The position numbers were made by a program, and so were the translations under genes. From a virus (lineage: Duplodnaviria > Caudoviricetes): a stretch of 64,000 nt of DNA. Numbering within the stretch: the first letter of the stretch is position 1; each line of letters opens with the position of its first letter. Below are positions 19,981 to 30,500 of the stretch, piece by piece. Location: positions 7,727 to 71,726 of IMG/VR virus record IMGVR_UViG_3300035510_000379. One strand, 5' to 3'. The notes below the pieces were generated by a model that saw only the letters and a list, made by a program, of their open reading frames with translations, was not told the DNA's origin and did not search any database.

Positions 19981-20871
19981 ATGGAATTAAATTTTTCAAA
20001 AGGTCAAGACAATAATGCTGCACCATTTGAAGATATTAAAAATCTGTATCTGCAATTCGTAGAGAAATATAATAAAGTTTTTATAGACCAGTTTGGCGAT
20101 GCAGGCGTATTCATATATAAAACTTTAGGCAGAAAAGACTTTAGAACCGTTATAGAGAATAAAGACCTTACTTTCTGCGATAAAGAAGAAATAATTTGCA
20201 ATATGTGTACGCTGTATCCTCAAAATTATGATTTTGCAAATTGCGAAATGGGCGGATTGCCTACATTATTGTCTAACAGAATTATAGAATTATCTCTACT
20301 AGGCGATGTTAAAAAACAGGTCAATGCTATTCATTATTTCAGAGATAAAATATCGAATGATTTAGACGAGCAGATTAACCTTGTTATACATGAAGCCTTT
20401 CCAGAGTTTACGATAGACGAAATAGCTAATTTTGACGCTGAAAAAGCGGCTGAATATATGACTAGGGCTGAATATATCCTGCATAATTTAAGAGGCGTAC
20501 CGCTATCGCCAACTGGCGTTGATTATCAAGACTTGAACGAACAGGATAATCAAATGAGTATGGAAGAACGCTTTAAGCCAGTAACTAATCAAATCGGACC
20601 GCAGGAAGAAGCCAGTCAAAAAACTAAGATTGGTAAAGACAGCAGAGAAAAATCAATAGAAGAACTTGAGCGAGAGTTTCCTAATATAGATTGGCGGCAT
20701 GATTCAGTTACACAGCGCGGCATGGACGCTTTTAAAAATATAGACGTAGCTGACGCAGCATTAGCATCTTTAGACCCTAACGTTAAAGCACCAGATGCAG
20801 CATTACAATTTCTAAAGAATAAATATAAAGACAGAATAGCAAAACAAGATAAAAAAGACAATAAATCTTAA
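19981..20871 (+). CDS. Putative second tail assembly chaperone
   Basis: FIYKTLGRKDF..EEIICNMCTLYP parallels the 19405 protein, suggesting paralogy; precedes the giant genes. Confidence 0.45.
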   Translation: MELNFSKGQDNNAAPFEDIKNLYLQFVEKYNKVFIDQFGDAGVFIYKTLGRKDFRTVIENKDLTFCDKEEIICNMCTLYPQNYDFANCEMGGLPTLLSNRIIELSLLGDVKKQVNAIHYFRDKISNDLDEQINLVIHEAFPEFTIDEIANFDAEKAAEYMTRAEYILHNLRGVPLSPTGVDYQDLNEQDNQMSMEERFKPVTNQIGPQEEASQKTKIGKDSREKSIEELEREFPNIDWRHDSVTQRGMDAFKNIDVADAALASLDPNVKAPDAALQFLKNKYKDRIAKQDKKDNKS

Positions 20872-20882
20872 TAACGTGGCAG

Positions 20883-23800
20883 GTGGCATTATTCTTGAAA
20901 GACGAAGTAAAAGAGGAACAAAATAGAAGCCTTGCCGACAAACTAACTGATGTTTTAGGAACAGCCGCAGCGGTATCAACCACAGCGGCTTTTTTATATC
21001 GCGGGATTGGCGGCAGGAATTTAAGCAAATTATTTGATACGGGAGCGAGTTCTTTCCGTGTCATTACTGACGAAATAAGCAGCACGAGATATAAAGATTA
21101 TAGCTTAAAACGCTTAAGAGAAATGTCTGCTAAAATAAAGCAGGACATAAAAACAGAAAGAGCAAAAATAAACGCAGGCATCGCAGAACCTCGCGTTAAT
21201 GCAAAAGATTCTTTAGCTGAAAAATTAGGTCATATGTATCAGCTATTAAAAGCACCAGATGTTTTTAAACGCAGATTATACAACGACCTTTATTTAATTA
21301 CGCCTGCTTTAGAAAACTCTAAAAAATTACTTGATTCAGTTAATGCCACGCAAGCTGAAAGACGAGAACTTGAAGCTGCTATAAGACGTTTGCCGTACGT
21401 CATTAATGACAAAAAACACGCCGAAGAAAAAATACAGCAAATTAGAGATAGCATAAAAGTTAAAGATTCGCAAAGAACGGATATAATCAAGCAGGCTTTA
21501 GACTTATCTGTTAATGTAATGCGCAATCAAATGAGCGGCAAAACTACTTCTTTTAGAGCCGTCAGCGGAAAACTTGATAACGCTATCGAACAGATAAAAA
21601 GCGAATTATTTAACTTAGATACTTTATCTAAAGAGCAAAATAAAGGCAGCATAATTGATAAAGCCTTAGATGACAACCGCGCTAAAGTAAGAGATATATT
21701 AAGCAAAAAGAATAAGGATAAAGTAAGACTTGGCACTTCATCGTATCTTGACGCGCAAGGCGAACCTGTTTATTATGACAGGCGTGTTGCTCTTGAAGAA
21801 ATACAAAAATATATACTAGATAACAAACCCGAAGATTACGAAAAGTTTCTCAATCTTTCAATAGATTCTTATTTACGAAAAGACGCTAACGGTGAAATAT
21901 ATTCTTTCAGCAGAACAGCAGGCTTATTTGATAAAGCTATGCAGATTGCATCAAATACGCTGCCGGGCAAAATATTAAAACTTCAAGATATAAGGCAGAC
22001 TAAATTATCAAGTTCAGTCGTCTATGTACCAAGCGGCTCAGTAGACCCGTTGCTTTCTGGCGCAGTCGAAGGACAATTAGACAGAACAAGGCAATCATAT
22101 GTAAGAATATATAATAAGACTTTTTCTATTAATCAAGCAGGCGAATTGACGCACGAAGAACAGTTTGACAATGCTACGCTTATGTCTGGACGCTACGGCG
22201 GTTTAGGCAAACAAATTAGAAAAATGTCTGGTCTTGAAGGCGAACGACAAACTGATTCTTGGATAAGAAACTTCTTTGATATTAACAAAACAAACGAATT
22301 AAATTATTTTGAAAGAATAGGCTCTATATTTACTAAAAATAGAGATACCGACTATATTCCTAATGTTTTAAAAGCTATTAAAGAAGGTTCTCTAGACAGC
22401 ATACAATCTTTGTTTGAAATGACATCTCAGGTTGAAATGCTTATGCAGGCATCAGTAAAGCCTTTAAGTTTATCGCAGGTAAGACGATTAGCTGAACAAG
22501 AAGCCAATAATGCTGATTTAGCACTTTTAAATGCTATAAAAAGTAATGATTTAACAAGTACGGTAGAAGAATTATTAGGCTATGCTCAACATACGGATAA
22601 TGCTTTTCAGAATACTGGCTTAATAGATTTGCTTAAGAGCTATTCTAAAGATTCGGCGGCTGCGCTCCAACGAGTTACTACAAGAAGAAATACTAATCCT
22701 AATTATTATAGTACGCTAAATAATTCTATCGGTTTTGAAGAAGAATTAAAAACAGAGTTATCTAAAGAATATTTTTTAAGAAAAGTGATTCACGGCGGCG
22801 ATGTAGAATCAACCGCTTTCACTGAATTAAAGAATCTATTAGAGCAATCTGATATTGGCGATGTATACGAAGCAAAGAGAACTGGTTATGCAGCCATATT
22901 GCAATATATGTCTGGCATATCCAAAAAAGAGTATTCAACTTCGACTATCGAAAACCAAGTCCGTGAAGCCGAAGCCTTGTATATAAGGTCGATACTTCGC
23001 GGTGAAACGCAAGACGAAGGCAAACAGGATTTAAAAAAGATAATCGAGCAAACCGTATCTGATGTATACGGCAAATTCGATATGTCAGAAAAGCTTCCAG
23101 ATAACTCTTTTGCAGACGCAGCATTAAATAACTTCGTTCACGTTAAAAATATGATTACACCGCTTGACGTTATCAGAGATTTAAACGATAACGCAAGAAA
23201 CGGCAAAGAAACGGCTTTTAAATTTGTTGAGCAATTTTTTGCAGGCAGAGATAATCCTGAAGCAGTAACTTCTCTTACTTTTTATCCGTATTTTATGCTA
23301 TCGCGCCTTGGCGACGATTTAAACAATTTAGGCTTAGGCTTTAGTAACGATTCTACTAAAAACTTTTTATCTTTAGCTAAAACAATAGGCTTAAAAAGAA
23401 TACTTCCAGTAGCCGTAGGTGCAACGTATCTTGAATTTACTGATGATACAGCACAAGCATTATTCGGTACAGGTATTGCGGCAACAGCGGTAAACGGTGC
23501 AGCAAACGTTGATTTGTTCGCAAGAAAAGTAGCTGACTTTACAGGAATACAATCGTTTTTAGATAATCAGTTTGACTTAAACCCCGCACTTCAATATTGG
23601 GGCGGTAAAGACGGATTCTATACATACGATGAAGAAAAAGACTATTACGAAAACGGCTATACTCCTGTAAGAAAAGGTCGTTATTGGTGGTTTGGTTCTT
23701 CAAACGAAGTGCGCGGCGGACAAATTCAATACTGGACACCTAATCTAGTAAGGAAATTAAATTCCGATTACTATGATAAATCCATGTATGACGGCTATTT

Positions 23801-26800
23801 CGATAAATGGTCGCACAGCTTATTGCCTACGCCAATTAATCCTATATCGCCATTATTATATTTAGCTGACCCGTATTGGCTTGAAAATAAGCATTATAAC
23901 GACAGACCTTATGCTGTAAGCGGTCCGATGTTTGCAGAAGAAACTCCTTGGGGAATAGCTTTAAATAGTACGATAGGTCAAATCATTAAGCCTGTCAAAG
24001 AAATGCACAAAGACAGGCTATATGACGGCGTAGACGTTAAAGCTATGGCGTATGCGATGAATGAACGCATACGCGAAAAAGCTATTGAAAACAGCGGCGG
24101 TTATAGAGCGTCATTTGACGATGACGGCAGCATATCTTCAATAAGAAATATAGCTTATAACGCACCAGACTTAGAAACCAGACTTATTAATATATCAAGT
24201 TCTGGCGATGGTCGTACAGTTAATATAGATATTGGTGGCGATTACGGCAGCGGATACGGTCAAAGACTTATTTCTATTAATAATAGACCAGATTTCTCTA
24301 AAAACGAAGGATACTCTGGATATGGTTCACGCAATATAGGCGAAATAGGTATAGGCTATGGATATGGCGACGGCAGTGATGGCAGCGTAGGCTCTAACAT
24401 TGGTTTATCTTTAATAGCCGATGAAAACAGAAGTATAAGAGTACAGGCATCTCAAAATGCAAATAACAGCGTACAATTAAACGAAAGACTGTCATATACC
24501 AAAAGCATAGCTGCTGATAAAATAGACCAAGGCGAAGATGTAGAGAAATTAATTAATCAAGCTAGAATAACCTCTTTATCTGGTATAGCGGAAGAATCTG
24601 CTGTATCAGCACGATTAATTACAGGTATATATGGCTACGGCGCAAATAGATTTTTTGGATTCGGTGAAGAAAATACTAAGATAATAGCTAATGCCAGTGA
24701 TATGACTTCATTTTCTCGTTCATTTTGGGATATGTCTATCGGCGGCGTTGGCGGCGGCGCAATGGAAATATATCGCCGTTTTATTCCTGAATACAGACGC
24801 AATAGGCGAGTAAGCCCATTAATGAATGAAATGCCTGACTGGCTGCCATTAAGATATAGATTTGGCGACCCGTATACGGCAGTACCAGATGGCGAAGCCC
24901 GTATGCCCGGAGAAGGTTACGAATCATTAAATAATCTTCACCCAGACGCTTATGGAGCATATGGCGCATTTGACAGATATAAAATACTTGCCGATATTGC
25001 TCCTTATTCAAAAGAATTTAAAACTTGGAAAGCTATTGCTAAAGCTACTATACAAGATGAGCGTCTTGTTAAAGAAATGGACGCTATCCAAAAGCGTGCC
25101 GATGAGCAGTCTAAAACGCATGACTTTTATAATTATAGATTTCTAGGTCAAGACGTAGATTATCAAAACGCTATAATTAAAAACGTATACGCAAATGGCG
25201 CATTTACAGTATTCGGTTCTGACGAAGTATATAAATTAGCTGGCGTTGATTTTACCGATGATAATTTTGTCGCGCAGTCCAAAAATATATTAAAACAATA
25301 TATTAACTCTGGCATGAGTGTTACTTTAGCCGTTGACAGCAATCCGTATACAAGAACTTCCGATGATTATAAGAAATCAGTAAATGCGGCAGTATTTGTA
25401 GATGGCGAAAATGTATCGCAAACTTTATTAGATGAAGGTTTTGTTGAAAAACGAAAAGATAATCTAAATGCGGCTGACATTGCGGCTATGCACGGAACAT
25501 TCGGCATTATGGAAGGTACGGCATTAGAACTTCTAACTCATGTAGATTTGCCTTTAATAAGCGACAGATGGCTAAGAATTAGAAGTCCTTTAGAATCATA
25601 TAAAGCCGAGCAAATATACGGCACTCCTTATCAAACATGGTCTGATATTACAGGTACATTCGTAATGCCTGCTATTGAAAGAGCAATATCTGACGGCTCA
25701 TATTCTGCTTTAAGCACTATGAGTTTTATAGGCATGAATATGCTGCATGATAAGCAAGGCATAGGCAAAACAAGCAAAATAATGCTCAGTGCCGCTATGT
25801 CATTAACTAATAGAGGCGCATTTATAGGCGGTGCTATAAGCTATGCTATTAACGCTAACGGCAGAGGTTTTGCGACAGGTCAGAAAATAGGCGCGGCGGC
25901 TATGCTTGCAGGCAGTCTTTATTCAAGCGTGAGAGGCGATAGTCTAGCCGACAATATTATGTCTTGGGGAACAGCGGGCTTATTAGTCGGTGATTTCTTA
26001 GACGAAACAAAAGCTGCTATAAAAGATAATGATTCGCTGACTAAAAAAGCACTTAGAAGTTTTGAGAGCGTAGAGTTTAGAGGAAAAGCAGCTTTAATAG
26101 GCGTTGCAGCAGGTTTAGCTTCTTATGGATTATCAGCACTTGGCGGCGACAGAGGACCGTGGATTCCCGATAGAGTAAAAGAAAAATGGGAAACAGAAGA
26201 ATACTTCGACAGGCTCAAATACGTTAAATATATGGGTATGTATAATAAAGCTAAAGAATTAGCTAAAAGCGAAGATGATATAGATTTAGATGAAATAATT
26301 AATTATAGAAAAAGTCAGCAAGCACTTGAAAATCAGATAAGAGAAGAATCTGATGCAAATGCTCCTTGGTATTATAAATTAAAACATCAAATATCTAACG
26401 CTATCCATAAAAACGTAGATATGCCAAGCGACCATAGATTTGAATATGACGATGGATTCAGTATAGAAGATTTGCCCGGAGTTCATAACGGCGTATTCGA
26501 TTCAACGAATATAACGCCAGAAGAAAGGCTATATACTTTAAATGCTCTCGCAACGCAAGGCATTAAGCACAGCAGTAAATACTCTGAAAATGAAGAACGC
26601 GACATGACAAAAGTCAAGGATTTCTTAGATTTGCATAAAACAGAGCAATTAGACGGCTATGAAGTCCATCACGTTGTACCATTTTCAATGAACGGCAGCG
26701 ATGACCCGTCAAATATGATTATGCTATCGCATGAGGACCACGCATGGATTACGAACGAGCATAAAAAGTACTTTTACGGCGAAAATGCCAACGCAACTTT

Positions 26801-27485
26801 AAGCGAATCTGTGTTAGAGCAGGCTGATTTTTTAGACCAAAGAGGCAAAGCCGTAACAAGTTCTGCTCATGTAAGAGAAGCGTTATTATATTTACAGACG
26901 GCAGAAGAAACTATGTATAGCGTAGCTGAACGAAAAGAAAGCGACTGGATAGATATAATTAAGGCTTTGCCTGCTTATGAAAAAGATTACTATAAAGAAT
27001 TTAAAGACGAAAAAGACCCAAGCAGACGTGAAGAAATATTAAAATACGCATCGCCATTTCAGAAACGCGCATTACTTCAAACATGGAAACAATTCGATGA
27101 TACTGACGACTTAGAAAGCAACGAATCCTATTTTGGACACAATAATCTGCCTAATCCGTTTTGGGAAGGTTGGAAGAACGATGTAGATTTAAATGACGTT
27201 AAAGCTAAAATGGTTAAAAACGAAGGACAGCTATTTAGCGATTTTAATATATATGAATCAGAATACAGAAAGCCAGAAGTCATTAACGCTCCATTTTTAA
27301 AGAGAAAAGATTCGTCAAACGCTATTGCCGTAAAAGCGAGATTAGAAAGTGCTTTGAGCGGTTTAGGCTTATCTGAATCAGACGTGAGCGTACAGCCATC
27401 ATCTACAAGCGGAGTGCAGGCGGTAATAAATATAATGACAGTCAGCTCATATAATTTAAAAGAATCTATCAGAAGTTTATTTTAA
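20883..27485 (+). CDS. Giant virion/ejection protein (2200 aa) with degenerate SNase-like region, hydrophobic Gly-rich helices and HNH motif
   Basis: YKLAGVD..NVSQTLLDEG (SNase-like, ~25160-25450); several A/G-rich hydrophobic segments (~25700-26150); EVHHVVPFSMNGSDDPSNMIMLSHEDH (HNH, ~26661-26741). Start may be TTG 20895 (AGGTGG at 20881). Confidence 0.6.
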   Translation: MALFLKDEVKEEQNRSLADKLTDVLGTAAAVSTTAAFLYRGIGGRNLSKLFDTGASSFRVITDEISSTRYKDYSLKRLREMSAKIKQDIKTERAKINAGIAEPRVNAKDSLAEKLGHMYQLLKAPDVFKRRLYNDLYLITPALENSKKLLDSVNATQAERRELEAAIRRLPYVINDKKHAEEKIQQIRDSIKVKDSQRTDIIKQALDLSVNVMRNQMSGKTTSFRAVSGKLDNAIEQIKSELFNLDTLSKEQNKGSIIDKALDDNRAKVRDILSKKNKDKVRLGTSSYLDAQGEPVYYDRRVALEEIQKYILDNKPEDYEKFLNLSIDSYLRKDANGEIYSFSRTAGLFDKAMQIASNTLPGKILKLQDIRQTKLSSSVVYVPSGSVDPLLSGAVEGQLDRTRQSYVRIYNKTFSINQAGELTHEEQFDNATLMSGRYGGLGKQIRKMSGLEGERQTDSWIRNFFDINKTNELNYFERIGSIFTKNRDTDYIPNVLKAIKEGSLDSIQSLFEMTSQVEMLMQASVKPLSLSQVRRLAEQEANNADLALLNAIKSNDLTSTVEELLGYAQHTDNAFQNTGLIDLLKSYSKDSAAALQRVTTRRNTNPNYYSTLNNSIGFEEELKTELSKEYFLRKVIHGGDVESTAFTELKNLLEQSDIGDVYEAKRTGYAAILQYMSGISKKEYSTSTIENQVREAEALYIRSILRGETQDEGKQDLKKIIEQTVSDVYGKFDMSEKLPDNSFADAALNNFVHVKNMITPLDVIRDLNDNARNGKETAFKFVEQFFAGRDNPEAVTSLTFYPYFMLSRLGDDLNNLGLGFSNDSTKNFLSLAKTIGLKRILPVAVGATYLEFTDDTAQALFGTGIAATAVNGAANVDLFARKVADFTGIQSFLDNQFDLNPALQYWGGKDGFYTYDEEKDYYENGYTPVRKGRYWWFGSSNEVRGGQIQYWTPNLVRKLNSDYYDKSMYDGYFDKWSHSLLPTPINPISPLLYLADPYWLENKHYNDRPYAVSGPMFAEETPWGIALNSTIGQIIKPVKEMHKDRLYDGVDVKAMAYAMNERIREKAIENSGGYRASFDDDGSISSIRNIAYNAPDLETRLINISSSGDGRTVNIDIGGDYGSGYGQRLISINNRPDFSKNEGYSGYGSRNIGEIGIGYGYGDGSDGSVGSNIGLSLIADENRSIRVQASQNANNSVQLNERLSYTKSIAADKIDQGEDVEKLINQARITSLSGIAEESAVSARLITGIYGYGANRFFGFGEENTKIIANASDMTSFSRSFWDMSIGGVGGGAMEIYRRFIPEYRRNRRVSPLMNEMPDWLPLRYRFGDPYTAVPDGEARMPGEGYESLNNLHPDAYGAYGAFDRYKILADIAPYSKEFKTWKAIAKATIQDERLVKEMDAIQKRADEQSKTHDFYNYRFLGQDVDYQNAIIKNVYANGAFTVFGSDEVYKLAGVDFTDDNFVAQSKNILKQYINSGMSVTLAVDSNPYTRTSDDYKKSVNAAVFVDGENVSQTLLDEGFVEKRKDNLNAADIAAMHGTFGIMEGTALELLTHVDLPLISDRWLRIRSPLESYKAEQIYGTPYQTWSDITGTFVMPAIERAISDGSYSALSTMSFIGMNMLHDKQGIGKTSKIMLSAAMSLTNRGAFIGGAISYAINANGRGFATGQKIGAAAMLAGSLYSSVRGDSLADNIMSWGTAGLLVGDFLDETKAAIKDNDSLTKKALRSFESVEFRGKAALIGVAAGLASYGLSALGGDRGPWIPDRVKEKWETEEYFDRLKYVKYMGMYNKAKELAKSEDDIDLDEIINYRKSQQALENQIREESDANAPWYYKLKHQISNAIHKNVDMPSDHRFEYDDGFSIEDLPGVHNGVFDSTNITPEERLYTLNALATQGIKHSSKYSENEERDMTKVKDFLDLHKTEQLDGYEVHHVVPFSMNGSDDPSNMIMLSHEDHAWITNEHKKYFYGENANATLSESVLEQADFLDQRGKAVTSSAHVREALLYLQTAEETMYSVAERKESDWIDIIKALPAYEKDYYKEFKDEKDPSRREEILKYASPFQKRALLQTWKQFDDTDDLESNESYFGHNNLPNPFWEGWKNDVDLNDVKAKMVKNEGQLFSDFNIYESEYRKPEVINAPFLKRKDSSNAIAVKARLESALSGLGLSESDVSVQPSSTSGVQAVINIMTVSSYNLKESIRSLF

Positions 27486-27524
27486 GTAAATAAAGTAAAA
27501 ACGAGAAGGGAAATATAATAGCGT

Positions 27525-30500
27525 ATGGACATGAACTATGTAGGAAATGTAAATAGCTCTCTTACCACATTACATAAAACTTTAAACTGGATAATGCACC
27601 AAGACAATAAAACCGATACAGAAAAGCATACAGAAGCGATGGTTGCAATAGCGCGTCCTAACTTTGCTAATCTCTCAAGATATGCAGGCATGAAAGGCGG
27701 CGTTGTCAGCAATTTTAAGAAAAATGCTTCGTATGACATTATTCCAGAGATTGAACAAAAAGAAAATGAAGTAAAAAGAGCAGTATATAATAGTTCCTCT
27801 GTTCGTACCATGTTTAATTTATTATCGAATCCAGCTAAAAATATTGCTCCTTCCGTTCAGTCGGCACAAGATTTCTTTAAAAAATATACCAGTGCCGAAT
27901 ATACCATACAGGTTGATATAAATAACAATAACGCTGTAACTACTAAAGATAAGATTATTTCTGGCATAGAAAATATAGCAAGCAAAGGCTATAAAGCTGC
28001 GTTTATGGACTTGGAAACGCTCGGCAAAGGCGATATAACTGACTTTGCTATGTCGGTATTTTCTTTAGACGAAAATGGCAAATTAGTCAAAGACGAAAAC
28101 GGCGGCAATATCAACGTTGTATTGGGCGTACAAGAACGCAATAAAGGCACTTATAGAAATATAATAGAAAAACGTTTCAGGGGCGAAAGATTAATCGGCG
28201 ATGAAAAAGTAGTATTCGACCGTTTAGCTTTAGCGTCCTCTACAAAATCAATAATTGATAAAAAAGATGGCGTATACTTTTATTCTTCATTTGCTGATAA
28301 AACGGACGCTGATGTAGTCCGCCCAGACAAACAGCGTATGATTGACGCTTTAGACGAACTCGTAAATATAAATGCAGAATATAAAAAACAATCACTAATA
28401 GACTTTAAAGGCACAAAAGTCCTTCCTATTGAAAGCAAAATATTGCAGGCATTACAGTACGTCAAAGACAATGATTTAACAATAGCCGCCCATAATGGTA
28501 TACAGTTTGACTTTCCACGTTTTGATTCATATTTTTCAAACAGCGAGAACGTAACGCATAATATGGTCGATTTAATGAAAGATTTGAACATGGCAAGTCA
28601 GCAATCATTTGATTCGCTTGCTATGCAAAACGTATTATTTCCCCGTTCGCAAATGGAAAGATATTTGATAAACCATGAAGAACTTGCTAAAAATTTAGGA
28701 GCACACGGCACTACTCTAAATACAGTAACAGGCTTAATGCTGCAATTAGATACGTTACCTCTTAACAGCAATAAAAGCATAAATGAAGAATTGCTAGAAA
28801 GAAGAAATTCTGCTGTAAATATAGCTAACCACGTTGCCGACCAAGACATTCAAGATATGGCAAGAGCCGTATTAACGCATTTAAAAGTTAATCCTAGATA
28901 CGAGAAAGCCATTGATAAAATACGCAATTCAAAAGAAAATACTACTTTAGGTATTGGTGATGTATTTGTAGTCAATAATCCTAATATGATTGATTCTTCT
29001 GGTAATGGCATGATTACATTCCAAAGGGATTTGTATTCTGGCGATTTAAGATTACAGGACGGCTTTCAGATTAAAAATATAGATAGCCAAATACCAATCG
29101 ACAAAATGGCAACTCCATCTGACGTGCAATTTAGACCATTTAGTTTTAAAAAGGATGTGGCTTATGAAATTAAAAGCATATCGAATTTTGAATTGCCAGA
29201 CAGCGCATTAGCAGAATTAAGCAGGTTAAATGAAAACCTAACGAGCGGAAAAGATTTATTTTCTATTGAATTTCAAGAAGTAAGACAAAATCCAAGCAAT
29301 ATAAACACTAGAAGTTCTTCGCCTATTTTTATGGTAGGCACAAAAGACGATATTCAGCGCAGAATGGGACGTTATTTCGATTATGCTTTTACGTTTAAAG
29401 ATGAAATAACTAAAAACGTTGAAACTGGTGAAGAAACCTCTAAGCGCATTATAACTAACACAAATAACGCATCTAAAAAACTACGAAATAATTTTCCTAT
29501 ACGCTCAAATCCAGAAGGAAATTATTCTTATGATGTTGAAGGCTTAATAAATTTATCAGAAACGGTATCTAATGAAAAATCAGCTATAAGATGGATAGGC
29601 GAACACGACAGCTTTAGCAAAGCTAAAAAAATAATGACGCTTATCGACAGCATCAATGAAGAAGTTGCGCAGAGAAAAACACTTCCAGAAGGCAACCCAT
29701 TACTTGAAAGAGCAAATATCAATAATGTTTTAGACGACTTAATAAACGTGTCAAACTCGCAAGGCTTTGCAATAGATAAGCGCGCAGTGGGATTCTTGTC
29801 TAATAATTTTAAGCCTATAACAAAACCAGACGGTACGTTAGACTATAAAGACGCACAGAATTTCTTATTTAATTTATTTAAATACAGAACCGCAAACGGC
29901 ACAACTTTAACGAGCAATACGATAGACAGCGTAGCTGAAAATGTATCGTATTATAATAAAATGGCTCACATCGTAAATCCTGTTCTTAAAAAAGCGCAAG
30001 AAATGGCTGCTAATGTCGGTGCAGAAAATAACACAAATGTCTTAAATTATTATTATAAAAATTTAATGACGCAGGTAATGAGCGCACTATCGTCAGACGA
30101 CAGAGTTATTAGAGTTAAGCAAGAACCGATTACTCAAGCACAACGCAATACGGCTTATTTTGATATGACGAATGTATATAATCGCAATCATAAATTTAAA
30201 ATACAAGCATCAAATGATATGCAGAAACGCGTGCTTGGTATAAATTTAGATACGAATAGTAATCAGTTTTTTGGTTCTGAATTAGCTGATATATATGGCT
30301 TAGATAAAGATTCCGCAAAAGATAGAGTAAAAGCTATTAAATTATTTGCTAGAGAATATTCTTTTGAATCATTAGGCGATTTAAAAACTAATGAACATCA
30401 GTCAGAGGAATATTTATCTGGTCTTATCAGACGAGAACTTTTATTTATCCGTAATGAAAAACCTAACGCATTTTTTGACTATGATTTGGCAACTCGAATG

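Noticed and set aside
19940-19990. Programmed frameshift between the two chaperone genes
   Set aside because: No clear slippery heptamer before the stop at 19974; the second ORF has its own ATG and looks like a paralog.
24230-24400. Gly/Tyr/Ser-rich stretch in the 2200-aa gene as a repeat array
   Set aside because: Low-complexity linker without regular DNA periodicity.
26440-26800. Intein or group I intron explaining the HNH motif
   Set aside because: No intein splice residues or intron core noticed and the frame is continuous; the origin is left open.
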